DNA of 60,431 nt, counting the filler. It is 7 parts of 7 records of this genome, joined end to end, with 100 filler letters (N's around TTAATTAATTAA, not from the genome) between each part and the next. Parts side by side here need not be neighbours in the genome. Positions count along the whole stretch, not along the records: positions 1 to 10,634 come from SRR31147125_29334; 6 more parts are not named here. One strand, written 5' to 3'. Positions 1 through 9,028 of the stretch are shown in pieces (the stretch's first letter is position 1; each line of letters starts with the position of its first letter). Both the position numbers and the translations under genes were made by a program. The notes under the pieces are model-generated. The model was not told the DNA's origin. It searched no databases and was given only the letters and a program-made list of their open reading frames with translations.

Positions 1-936
1 TTCTTTGTCTTCTCCAAATTCTTTTAAAGCAGGCGCGAGAACAATTAATTCACCATCATCTTCAATTGCCATACGGGTCCTGTAAACAGATTTGTTTCCC
101 AACCAAGTTGATTTGAATTCCGTTGGGTCAAGCCATACAATTACCTTTTTTAGAGGTTTGTCAAGCATTTCAAAGTTAACTTGTAACGAAAGTTTTGCTG
201 CTTTATCAAACACTTCGTAGTCGTCACCAATAAACAATCCTCGGGTTTTTACTTTACCATCCGTTTTATCTAAACCAACAACTGTTTGTACGTACAAAAT
301 AGGAAGGTGATTGGTGAAATTGTCGGATGCGTAATTGAAAATTTTACGTACAGGGGTATCTGCGTGTCCCATCATTCGCTCCATTCCGTAAGCTGCTCCA
401 ACGAAATGACTTTTATTAATACCTTCAGATCCACCGGTTCCTACGAACACGTTTTTATTATAATTTGCCATTCCAACTACTTCATGTGGAACAACCTGCC
501 CAATTGAAAGAATCAGGTCATAATTTCCCATCAATAAAAGCTTATTGACTTGAGCTGGCCATGAAAAGTTTACAGCACCTTCAGAAACTTCTTTTACAAA
601 TTCAGCAGGTACTTCGCCAACATTTACCACATCGTTTCTCCAGTCATGCTCACGAATTAATGATGCTGGAAGTGTTCCAAACATGTGATTGATTTGTTCA
701 TCAGTCATTGGAGAGTGAGTGCCTAGCGCCGGAAGCACATCGGTAAGTTTATCTTTGTAATATTGCCAGGCAAATTCAGTTAGTTCTCCCGATCGACTTG
801 GTAAACGTGTGTAGTCTGGTGGGATTGCTAATACTTTATCAATATCTTTCAATTGACTAAGTGCTTCATATAGACCTTTTTTTAAATCATCCCCACTTAG
901 TTCATGATCAGGTGATCCTATTTCATAATACAACAT
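1..936 (-). CDS. LarA-family (lactate racemase domain) nickel-pincer epimerase, 3' truncated; candidate mannonate/gluconate 2-epimerase
   Basis: Not in the ORF track; translated by hand from ATG at 936 (MLYYEIGSPDHEL...), open to the window edge. LarA motifs PPDYTR, LGTH, PHEVVGMANYNKN, INKSH, WLGNKS. Confidence 0.85.
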   Translation of the reverse strand, partial: MLYYEIGSPDHELSGDDLKKGLYEALSQLKDIDKVLAIPPDYTRLPSRSGELTEFAWQYYKDKLTDVLPALGTHSPMTDEQINHMFGTLPASLIREHDWRNDVVNVGEVPAEFVKEVSEGAVNFSWPAQVNKLLLMGNYDLILSIGQVVPHEVVGMANYNKNVFVGTGGSEGINKSHFVGAAYGMERMMGHADTPVRKIFNYASDNFTNHLPILYVQTVVGLDKTDGKVKTRGLFIGDDYEVFDKAAKLSLQVNFEMLDKPLKKVIVWLDPTEFKSTWLGNKSVYRTRMAIEDDGELIVLAPALKEFGEDKE

Positions 937-1000
937 GTTGTTTCATTTTAAATTCAAGTTCGCAACTACGCAAGTTCAGGTTTATACGTGAAACTTGTGG

Positions 1001-2083
1001 TTATCGTTTTACACGAGCATTTCCTTCCCAAATACTCCAAACCATTTCTTCATCTGCTGGTTGTGCGTAATCAGTTAAGAATGTTGTGGCCATTGCTCCG
1101 GTAGCCCATCCAAATTTTGGCCATTTTTCAGGATCCCATCCTTTCAGAATACCATAAAGCAATCCACCTACAAAGCCATCTCCACCACCAATTCGGTCAA
1201 GAACATTAATTGTTCGAGGCATAATTACCTGCCAGTTGTCATCACCTTCAAGCATAATTGCACCCCATAAATGTTCGTTTACACTTACTACCTCTCGCAA
1301 TGTTGTAGCAAAAACGGACGCATTTGGGAAAGCATCTTTAACCCTGTATATCATTTGTTTAAATCCGTCAATCTCAGCTTCAATTCCTTTTCCTCCAGCT
1401 TCAGGTCCTTTTATGCCCAGGCACAGTTGGAAGTCTTCTTCATTACCGATCAATATATCTGAAACAGATGCAATCTCTGTGAAGTTTTCTCTTAGTTCTT
1501 GATCACGACCTTTCCAGAATGATGCGCGGTAATTTAAGTCAAAAGAAATTTTTGTTCCATATTTTTTAGCCGCTCTGGCCACTTCAAGGCAAAAAGTACT
1601 TGTTTCAGGGGAAAGTGCTCCGATTAATCCAGATAGATGAACGATCTGAACACCTTCCTCTCCGAAAATTCGATCAAGATCAAAATCTTTTACATTTAAT
1701 GTACGACCTACTTCACCAGCACGGTCGTTTTGTACACGAGGTCCACGAGAACCATAGCCACTATCAGCAACATTGAATTGATGACGATATCCCCATGGGT
1801 CGCCTTGTTCCACATCAGGACCTTCATAATCCATGTGGCGTGACTTTAAGTTGCTTTTGATGAATTTTGCAATTGGACTACCTGCTACAAAAGTTGATAA
1901 AACTTTCACCGGAAGCCCAAGGAAGGAAGAAATACTAGCAACATTGGTTTCTGCACTTGTTGCCTGCATTTTAAATGTATCACTGCTGTGTACAGGTTGC
2001 CCGTTAATTGGAGTTATTCTTACTCCCATGCTTGTTGGTACTAGCATGGAATATTTACAATCTTTTTTAAGTTCGATAGCCAT
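1001..2083 (-). CDS. PfkB-family sugar-acid kinase (divergent KdgK-like)
   Basis: SAETNVA, FDLNYR, GNEED, DRIGGGDGF motifs. Confidence 0.85.
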   Translation of the reverse strand: MAIELKKDCKYSMLVPTSMGVRITPINGQPVHSSDTFKMQATSAETNVASISSFLGLPVKVLSTFVAGSPIAKFIKSNLKSRHMDYEGPDVEQGDPWGYRHQFNVADSGYGSRGPRVQNDRAGEVGRTLNVKDFDLDRIFGEEGVQIVHLSGLIGALSPETSTFCLEVARAAKKYGTKISFDLNYRASFWKGRDQELRENFTEIASVSDILIGNEEDFQLCLGIKGPEAGGKGIEAEIDGFKQMIYRVKDAFPNASVFATTLREVVSVNEHLWGAIMLEGDDNWQVIMPRTINVLDRIGGGDGFVGGLLYGILKGWDPEKWPKFGWATGAMATTFLTDYAQPADEEMVWSIWEGNARVKR

Positions 2084-2116
2084 ATCTTTCTTTTTTAAGT
2101 TTTTAAATTTAAATAA

Positions 2117-2968
2117 TTACACTCCTCCAAATGCACTGTAGCCTCCATCAACCGGAATTACAATACCTGTGATGAAATTGGAAACATCTGAAAGTAAAAA
2201 GAGAGTAGCTCCTTTTAGGTCTTCTGGCTCACCGAATTTCCCCATCGGTGTATTGTCAACTATTTTTTGTCCGCGAGGGGAGAAGTTGCCTGTTTTTTCA
2301 TCCATAACTAAAAAGCGGTTCTGATTTGTAATGAAAAATCCAGGTGCAATAGCGTTTACACGAATGCCAACTTTGGCAAGGTGTACCGATAGCCATTCTG
2401 TAAAATTATTTATAGATGCTTTTGCAGCCGAGTAGGCTGGGATTTTAGTTAATGGTTTGTATGAATTCATACTTGAGATATTGAGTACAACTCCCTTTTT
2501 ATTTTTTAACATATCTTTTGTAAAAACCATTGTTGGAAGCAAAGTGCCTTTGAAGTTAAGCGCAAATACTTTATCAAAACCTTCCATCTCTAAGCCATAG
2601 AACGTATCTTCCAAAGAATCAATATTATCATCATTCATTTGCTCAACCTTGGTTGTTGCAGTTGGGTGGTTGCCTCCTGCTCCATTAATTAACATGGCAA
2701 TCTCACCGAGCTGAGCGTTAATTACTTCCTTTGCTGATTCTAAAGAAGCTTTGTCGAGTACATTGGCTTCAACTCCAATAACATCAGATTTGCTATCTGC
2801 AGCCACTTCAGCAGCCACTTTTTCAGCAATTTCTTTATTGATATCTACAATCGCAATTTTAGCTCCGACAGAAGCTAATGCTTTAACCATTTCAACTCCA
2901 ATAACACCAGCGCCACCAGTAATGACGCATACTTTGTCTTTTAAATCCTCGAAACTTATTGCTTTCAT
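2117..2968 (-). CDS. uxuB: SDR oxidoreductase, D-mannonate oxidoreductase (fructuronate reductase)-like
   Basis: TGGAGVIG, NGAGGN, YSAAK, AIAPGFF, VDGGYSAF; hexuronate context. Confidence 0.8.
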   Translation of the reverse strand: MKAISFEDLKDKVCVITGGAGVIGVEMVKALASVGAKIAIVDINKEIAEKVAAEVAADSKSDVIGVEANVLDKASLESAKEVINAQLGEIAMLINGAGGNHPTATTKVEQMNDDNIDSLEDTFYGLEMEGFDKVFALNFKGTLLPTMVFTKDMLKNKKGVVLNISSMNSYKPLTKIPAYSAAKASINNFTEWLSVHLAKVGIRVNAIAPGFFITNQNRFLVMDEKTGNFSPRGQKIVDNTPMGKFGEPEDLKGATLFLLSDVSNFITGIVIPVDGGYSAFGGV

Positions 2969-2975
2969 AACTTCT

Positions 2976-4046
2976 TTAATTAAATTCTTTATAATATTCT
3001 ATATTTTCTTTCGTAACAATATCGATTGAAGTGAACTTCTCGTTTGGAACTTCTTTTTTTAAAATCGTGTGCTGGAATAATGTGATTACAGCATTATATC
3101 CCTGTTCTTCAGGGCGTTGGCATATTAGGAAGTCAACGGTTCCATTTTTTAAAAAGTTATTGTTCTCGGGGATCAAATCATGCCCAATTAAACGAATATC
3201 AGCGAGGTTTTTATCAGCAAGATATTGGGCCATTCTGTATACCTGAGAATTGGTAACAAATATTCCTTTTATGTCTTTGTGTTTTTTGAAAAGCTGGTCT
3301 ATTTGTTTATAAAAGTTTTTATTTGAAGGATTCGTGATTTCAACTGTTAATAGCGATTTTTCTTTTTTTATGTCATTTCCTTTAAAATATTCATAGAAGC
3401 CCATTTCACGTTGAACTAAATGGTTCTGATTGTCCATTTCTTTGGCAAAATGAATGACTAAAATTGATGCTTTTCCTGGAACTGAGAAATTAAATAGTTT
3501 CGCTGCCAGAGCTCCACTTTGAAAAGAATTTTGACCGATATAACTAATTTTTTCACAACCCCTTATATTCGAATCAATAAACACAAAAGGAATGTCTTTT
3601 TCTTTAAGCTGTTTAATGAATTCTTTAGACTCCACGGAGAAGAATGGAGCCATTACAACACCATCTGGGGGATTTTCCATAATCTCTGAAGAAACAATTT
3701 TAAATGATTCCGGATCTGATTGTTTGAATTGAAAATTGCTAATTTCAATACCATATTGCTGAATTTCCTGAAAAGCTCTTCTTACACCAATAACAGGTTT
3801 GCTCCAGTAGGCTTCTGCACTTGCAGGCTCAGGCAAAAAAGTTGCTAAGCGATAATTTTTTTTTGAAGCTAAAGTACTGGCCAATATATTTGGCTGGTAG
3901 TTCATTTCTTCAATAATTTTTAAGATGAGTTTTTTTGTTTCGGGCGAAACTTCTCCTCGTTTATGAATAACTCTGTCAACAGTTCCAATTGAAACATTTG
4001 CTTTCTCTGCAATATCCTTAATTCTAATTCTTTTTTTTGGTTTGAT
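2976..4046 (-). CDS. LacI-family transcriptional regulator; start codon uncertain and non-canonical
   Basis: Frame stays open upstream of the tracked ATG (3905) through a LacI HTH (IRIKDIAEKANVSIGTVDRVIHKRGEVS) to an in-frame TAA at 4059-4061; periplasmic-binding-like C-terminal domain. Confidence 0.85.
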   Translation of the reverse strand: MKPKKRIRIKDIAEKANVSIGTVDRVIHKRGEVSPETKKLILKIIEEMNYQPNILASTLASKKNYRLATFLPEPASAEAYWSKPVIGVRRAFQEIQQYGIEISNFQFKQSDPESFKIVSSEIMENPPDGVVMAPFFSVESKEFIKQLKEKDIPFVFIDSNIRGCEKISYIGQNSFQSGALAAKLFNFSVPGKASILVIHFAKEMDNQNHLVQREMGFYEYFKGNDIKKEKSLLTVEITNPSNKNFYKQIDQLFKKHKDIKGIFVTNSQVYRMAQYLADKNLADIRLIGHDLIPENNNFLKNGTVDFLICQRPEEQGYNAVITLFQHTILKKEVPNEKFTSIDIVTKENIEYYKEFN

Positions 4047-4085
4047 AATTGTTATTTTTTAGAGTTCATCAATTTCAAAGTCGAA

Positions 4086-4093
4086 CAAATCTA
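4086..4093 (-). promoter_or_regulatory. Bacteroidetes -7 promoter element for the LacI gene
   Basis: TAGATTTG on the minus strand matches TAnnTTTG. Confidence 0.5.
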
Positions 4094-4109
4094 TAAAAAA
4101 AACTGCATT

Positions 4110-4123
4110 CGTGTGCGAACACG
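4110..4123. promoter_or_regulatory. LacI-type operator, copy 1
   Basis: Palindrome CGTGT-GCGA-ACACG with central CG. Confidence 0.7.
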
Positions 4124-4446
4124 GAGATGTATTTTAAAACATGTTTTGGGGTTCCAGTCGATAAATTAAAGGAAATATTTTTATTTGTAGTTGTGCAAAA
4201 ATGTAGATTAAAAATGACTTTAACTTCAGAAATTAATCTTGATTTTAATTGAATGGTGCTTTATTAACCAAGTTTGTGATGTTCTTCTATTTTTGAAGTT
4301 TAGTATTTGCATCTTGCTATGCCATATTTCTTGGTTAGGTTGTTGGTAATCAGTGTTGATCTTCATTTTGTAGGAATGAGTGTTCTCTAAAAGTTGATTT
4401 ATAACAGGTTTATTTTTTTTGCAAAAATGAAATATATGCATACTTT

Positions 4447-4460
4447 CGTGTCCGTACACG
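4447..4460. promoter_or_regulatory. LacI-type operator, copy 2, upstream of uxaE
   Basis: Palindrome CGTGT-CCGT-ACACG, same arms as copy 1. Confidence 0.7.
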
Positions 4461-4504
4461 GGAGTGTAGTAATAACTAGATAATCAATTTAAAAACTAAA
4501 TAAG

Positions 4505-5752
4505 ATGAAAATAGGTAAGTACAGTTTCGGAGTAGGTGATCGCTTTAACCACCAAGGACAAGCCCAGCTAAAAGCATTGATGAAAGCCAATGCACTTGGA
4601 ATTGAAGTGACACCAGTGTGGAATAAATCGAACAGAGAACATGATATTGTGCACTCTGAACCTGCTGGTACCCGTGAAGAAGCCAATGCAGCCGTTAAAG
4701 CTCTTGGTTGGGATAAACCTTATTTTGTAGATGCTGACCATATTAATTTAAGTACAGTTGATCGTTTTATTGATCATTCAGATTTTTTCACTTTAGATGT
4801 TGCTGCATATATTGGAAATACTTCAGATAATGCTGAAGTTCTTGCATTCAAAAAATCATGTGAGGTTTTTGGCGCTGAGGTTAACATTCACGGAATTAAG
4901 GAGCCAATTGTTATTACCGATGAATTATTGGATTCTGTTGCCGGTAATTATTTAGCAGCTATTTGCGAGGCTAGTAAAATTTATGAACACATTGCTTCAT
5001 CAAAAGGGATAGGTAATTTTATTACTGAAGTATCTATGGATGAAGTTGAAGCGCCTCAAACCCCTGTGGAGCTTTTCTTCATTTTAAAAATGATAGCTAA
5101 TAAAAATATACCTGCTCAAACAATTGCTCCTAAATTTACGGGGCGCTTTAATAAAGGTGTTGATTACGTTGGGGATGTTGACCAATTTGCAAAAGAATTC
5201 GAACAAGATATTCTTGTGATCGATTATGCTGTTAAAAACTTTGGTTTGCCAGAAGACCTAAAAATGAGTGTTCATTCAGGAAGTGATAAGTTTACTATTT
5301 ACCCAATTATGGCAGAAATAGTAAAAAAATATAATAAAGGAATTCATGTAAAAACAGCTGGAACTACTTGGTTAGAAGAAGTGATTGGTTTGGCGGTAGC
5401 AGGCGGTGATGCGCTAGATGCAGCTAAAGGAATCTATGCTTCTGCGCTTTCAAGAAAAGAGGAGCTGTGTGGTCCGTATGCAGATGTTATTGATATAAAT
5501 GATGAAAAATTACCTTCTGTAGATGAGGTTAGTTCATGGAGTAGTGACAAGTTTGCAAATACATTACGCCATATTCCAGGTCATGAAGATTACAATTCGA
5601 ATTTCCGTCAGCTTATTCATGTAGGCTATAAGGTAGCTTCAGAAATGGGAGATCGCTATACTCAATTATTAAAAGACAATGCTGAGGTTGTAGGAAATTG
5701 TGTTGAAGAGAACATATTCGATCGCCACTTAAAGCGATTATTTAATTTATAA
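4505..5752 (+). CDS. uxaE: Tagaturonate/fructuronate epimerase
   Basis: FGVGDRF, DADHI, EVSMDE, APKFTGRFNKGVDY, SVHSGSDKF, HVKTAGTTWLE. Confidence 0.85.
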   Translation: MKIGKYSFGVGDRFNHQGQAQLKALMKANALGIEVTPVWNKSNREHDIVHSEPAGTREEANAAVKALGWDKPYFVDADHINLSTVDRFIDHSDFFTLDVAAYIGNTSDNAEVLAFKKSCEVFGAEVNIHGIKEPIVITDELLDSVAGNYLAAICEASKIYEHIASSKGIGNFITEVSMDEVEAPQTPVELFFILKMIANKNIPAQTIAPKFTGRFNKGVDYVGDVDQFAKEFEQDILVIDYAVKNFGLPEDLKMSVHSGSDKFTIYPIMAEIVKKYNKGIHVKTAGTTWLEEVIGLAVAGGDALDAAKGIYASALSRKEELCGPYADVIDINDEKLPSVDEVSSWSSDKFANTLRHIPGHEDYNSNFRQLIHVGYKVASEMGDRYTQLLKDNAEVVGNCVEENIFDRHLKRLFNL

Positions 5753-5773
5753 CAAACGATAAACGAATTCAAA

Positions 5774-7174
5774 ATGAAGAAATTCATGGATGAGAATTTT
5801 CTGTTACAAACAGAAACTGCTCAAAAATTGTATCATAACCATGCGGCTAAAATGCCAATTTTTGATTATCACTGTCATATTCCTCCTCAAGAAATTGCAG
5901 AGGATAAACAGTTTGAGAATTTGACTCAGATTTGGTTGGCCGGCGATCATTATAAATGGAGAGCGATGCGTACAAATGGAGTTGATGAACGATTTTGTAC
6001 CGGAGATGCAAGTGATTGGGAGAAATTTGAGAAGTGGGCTGAAACAGTACCTCAAACAATTAGAAATCCACTATATCATTGGACTCATCTTGAGCTTAAA
6101 AAGTTTTTTGGTATTGAAAAATTATTAAGCCCTGAAACTGCTGAAGAAATATGGAATGAGTGTAATGAAAAGCTAAATACCCCTGAATATTCTTGTCGGA
6201 ATATCATTAGAATGGCAAATGTTAATACCATTTGTACTACTGATGATCCTATAGATTCGTTAGAACACCACCAATCAATTAAAGCTTCTGGGTTTGAAGT
6301 TGCAGTACTTCCTGCGTGGCGTCCTGATAAAGCGACAATGGTTGACCGTGTTGAATTTTGGAATGAATATGTAGATCAACTTTCGAAAGTGTCTAACATT
6401 CTGATTGATAGCTTTGATGCTTTTCTTGTTGCAATTGAAAAAAGGCATCAGTTTTTTCATGATAACGGTTGCCGGTTATCTGACCATGGATTAGAAACAG
6501 CTTATGCTGAGGATTATACCGTTGCTGAAATCAATTCAATATTTGATAAAGTAAGAGCTGGTAATGAGTTGACTGAATTAGAAGTTCTTCAGTTTCGTTC
6601 ATGCATGTTGTATGAATTTGGAGTAATGGATCATGCTAAAGGGTGGACTCAGCAGTATCATTTTGGTGTAATCAGAAATAATAGTTCCCGATTATTTGGA
6701 CAACTTGGTCCAGATACCGGTTTTGATTCAATTGGCGATTTCTCAGTTGCACAGCCCTTAGCAAAAATGTTGGATCGTTTGGATTCAAATAATCAACTTG
6801 CTCAAACTATTTTGTATAATATAAATCCATCGGATAATGAAATCTATGCAACCATGATTGGAAATTTCCAGGATGGTTCTGTTGCTGCTAAAATGCAATA
6901 TGGCTCTGGCTGGTGGTTTCTTGATCAAAAAGATGGTATGGAAAAGCAAATGAATGCTCTATCAAATTTGGGTTTGTTAAGTCGGTTTGTAGGGATGTTA
7001 ACTGACTCCAGAAGCTTTTTGTCATATACTCGTCATGAATATTTTAGAAGAACTCTTTGTAATCTCATTGGGAATGATGTGGAAAATGGTGAAATACCTG
7101 ATGATATGGTCTTGTTAGGGCAAATGGTAGAAAATATTTGTTTTAATAATGCTGTTGGGTATTTTAAATTTTAA
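5774..7174 (+). CDS. uxaC: Uronate isomerase
   Basis: DYHCH, GDHYKWRAMR, RNPLYHWTHLEL, GWWFLDQ, GMLTDSRSFLSYTRHEYFRR. Confidence 0.97.
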   Translation: MKKFMDENFLLQTETAQKLYHNHAAKMPIFDYHCHIPPQEIAEDKQFENLTQIWLAGDHYKWRAMRTNGVDERFCTGDASDWEKFEKWAETVPQTIRNPLYHWTHLELKKFFGIEKLLSPETAEEIWNECNEKLNTPEYSCRNIIRMANVNTICTTDDPIDSLEHHQSIKASGFEVAVLPAWRPDKATMVDRVEFWNEYVDQLSKVSNILIDSFDAFLVAIEKRHQFFHDNGCRLSDHGLETAYAEDYTVAEINSIFDKVRAGNELTELEVLQFRSCMLYEFGVMDHAKGWTQQYHFGVIRNNSSRLFGQLGPDTGFDSIGDFSVAQPLAKMLDRLDSNNQLAQTILYNINPSDNEIYATMIGNFQDGSVAAKMQYGSGWWFLDQKDGMEKQMNALSNLGLLSRFVGMLTDSRSFLSYTRHEYFRRTLCNLIGNDVENGEIPDDMVLLGQMVENICFNNAVGYFKF

Positions 7175-7245
7175 TTAATATTCAATTTGTTTTGCATGAT
7201 AAAAATCAATTTGTGTTGTGTCGAATGGAAATGATTTGTATTATT

Positions 7246-7257
7246 GCAATCGATTGC
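7246..7257. promoter_or_regulatory. Second LacI-type operator, upstream of kdgK
   Basis: Perfect palindrome GCAATCGATTGC 24 nt before the start codon. Confidence 0.6.
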
Positions 7258-7281
7258 GCAAATTGATTTAATTTATATATA

Positions 7282-8319
7282 ATGAATAAAAAAGTAGTAA
7301 CGTTTGGAGAAATTATGCTTCGTTTGGCAACGCCGGGCTATTTGAGATTTAACCAAACTGATAGTTTAACCGCTACATTTGGCGGTGGAGAAGCAAATGT
7401 TGCAGTGTCTTTAGCTAACTATGGACTTTCTGTTGATTTTGTTACCAGATTGCCTGAAAACGATATAGCCAGATCTTGCATTATGGATCTGAAAAAATAT
7501 GGTGTTAATACGGATCGTATTGTTTTTGGTGGTGATCGGGTAGGTATTTATTTTCTTGAAACTGGGGCTGTAAGCCGCGGTAGTAAAGTCGTTTATGATA
7601 GGGCACATTCTGCAATTTCAGAAATAGAACCAGGAATGATTGACTGGGGGAAGGTGTTTGAAGGAGCTGAGTGGTTCCATTGGACTGGTATCACTCCTGC
7701 AATTTCTCAAGGAGCGGCTGATGCTTGTCTCGAGGCTATTCAAAAAGCAAATGAAATGGGAGTAACTGTTTCATGCGATTTGAACTATCGTAAGAATTTG
7801 TGGAAATACGGGAAAAGCTGTGGTGAGGTTATGCCAGCATTAGTTGCAGGAACAGATGTAGTTTTAGGTAACGAAGAAGATGCTGCAATGGCTTTGGGGA
7901 TTCATCCGGAAGGTGTTGATGTAACAGCTGGACACGTCGAAGGAGCTGCATATGAATCTGTTTCAAAACAAATTATGGCTAAATTTCCACGTGTGAAGAA
8001 AGTAATTACTACTTTGCGTGGCTCTGTTAATGCAAACCATAATAGTTGGGCAGGCGTTTTGTGGGATGGTGAAAAATTGTATGAATCTCCGCAATATCAG
8101 ATTACACATATTGTTGATCGTGTTGGTGGAGGTGACTCATTTATGGGAGGATTAGTATATGGACTGCTTACTTACCCTGAAAATGACCAAAAAGCTTTGA
8201 ATTTTGCTGTTGCAGCTTCATGCTTAAAACATACTGTTTATGGAGATTATAACCAAGTAACTGTTGATGAAGTAGAGAAATTAATGAGTGGAGATGCATC
8301 AGGACGTGTTGCACGATAA
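7282..8319 (+). CDS. kdgK: 2-keto-3-deoxygluconate kinase
   Basis: FGEIMLRL, GGGEANVA, YDRAHSA, DLNYR, DRVGGGDSF. Confidence 0.92.
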   Translation: MNKKVVTFGEIMLRLATPGYLRFNQTDSLTATFGGGEANVAVSLANYGLSVDFVTRLPENDIARSCIMDLKKYGVNTDRIVFGGDRVGIYFLETGAVSRGSKVVYDRAHSAISEIEPGMIDWGKVFEGAEWFHWTGITPAISQGAADACLEAIQKANEMGVTVSCDLNYRKNLWKYGKSCGEVMPALVAGTDVVLGNEEDAAMALGIHPEGVDVTAGHVEGAAYESVSKQIMAKFPRVKKVITTLRGSVNANHNSWAGVLWDGEKLYESPQYQITHIVDRVGGGDSFMGGLVYGLLTYPENDQKALNFAVAASCLKHTVYGDYNQVTVDEVEKLMSGDASGRVAR

Positions 8320-8331
8320 AGAAGAATAATT

Positions 8332-9003
8332 ATGGCTAGATTTACAAGAATAGAAGTAGCTCAAAAAATGAAAGAAACCGGCATAGTCCCGGTTTTCTAT
8401 AATGCCGATATTGAATTATGCAAAAGTGTAGTAAAAGCGTGTTATGATGGTGGAATTCGTGTTTTCGAATTTACAAATCGTGGTGACTTTGCAACACTTG
8501 TTTTTGCTGAATTAAATAAATGGGCTATCAAAGAATGTCCTGAAATGATAATGGGAGTTGGTTCTATTATTGATGAAGGAACAACCGCTATGTATATAGC
8601 ATTAGGTTCAAACTTTATCGTTTCTCCATTGATTGATGAAGGAATGGCAAAAGTTTGTAACAAACGCAAAGTTGCATGGAGTCCAGGATGTGGTACAGTA
8701 ACCGAAATTGGAAAAGCGCATGAGCTGGGAAGTGAAGTGGTAAAGATTTTCCCAGGTTCGTCTGTTGGTGGTCCTGATTTTGTAAAAGGTGTAATGGGAC
8801 CAATGCCATATGCTAGTATTATGCCTACGGGTGGTGTTTCTCCAGATGAGGAAAACCTGTCGAAATGGTTTAATGCAGGAGTACATTGTGTAGGAATGGG
8901 ATCTCAGCTTTTTCCAAATGATGTGTTGAAAAATAAAGATTTTCAGTTTATTACAGATAAATGTTCTGAAGCACTTTCGATCGTTCAAAATTTGAAGAAA
9001 TAA
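8332..9003 (+). CDS. eda: KDPG/KHG aldolase
   Basis: FEFTNRG, KIFPG, MPTGGV; follows kdgK. Confidence 0.9.
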   Translation: MARFTRIEVAQKMKETGIVPVFYNADIELCKSVVKACYDGGIRVFEFTNRGDFATLVFAELNKWAIKECPEMIMGVGSIIDEGTTAMYIALGSNFIVSPLIDEGMAKVCNKRKVAWSPGCGTVTEIGKAHELGSEVVKIFPGSSVGGPDFVKGVMGPMPYASIMPTGGVSPDEENLSKWFNAGVHCVGMGSQLFPNDVLKNKDFQFITDKCSEALSIVQNLKK

Positions 9004-9028
9004 AATAATAACAACTAAACTAAATTTT

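Noticed and set aside
286..1070. Plus-strand ORFs 286-507 and 861-1070
   Set aside because: Antisense shadows of the LarA-family and kinase genes.
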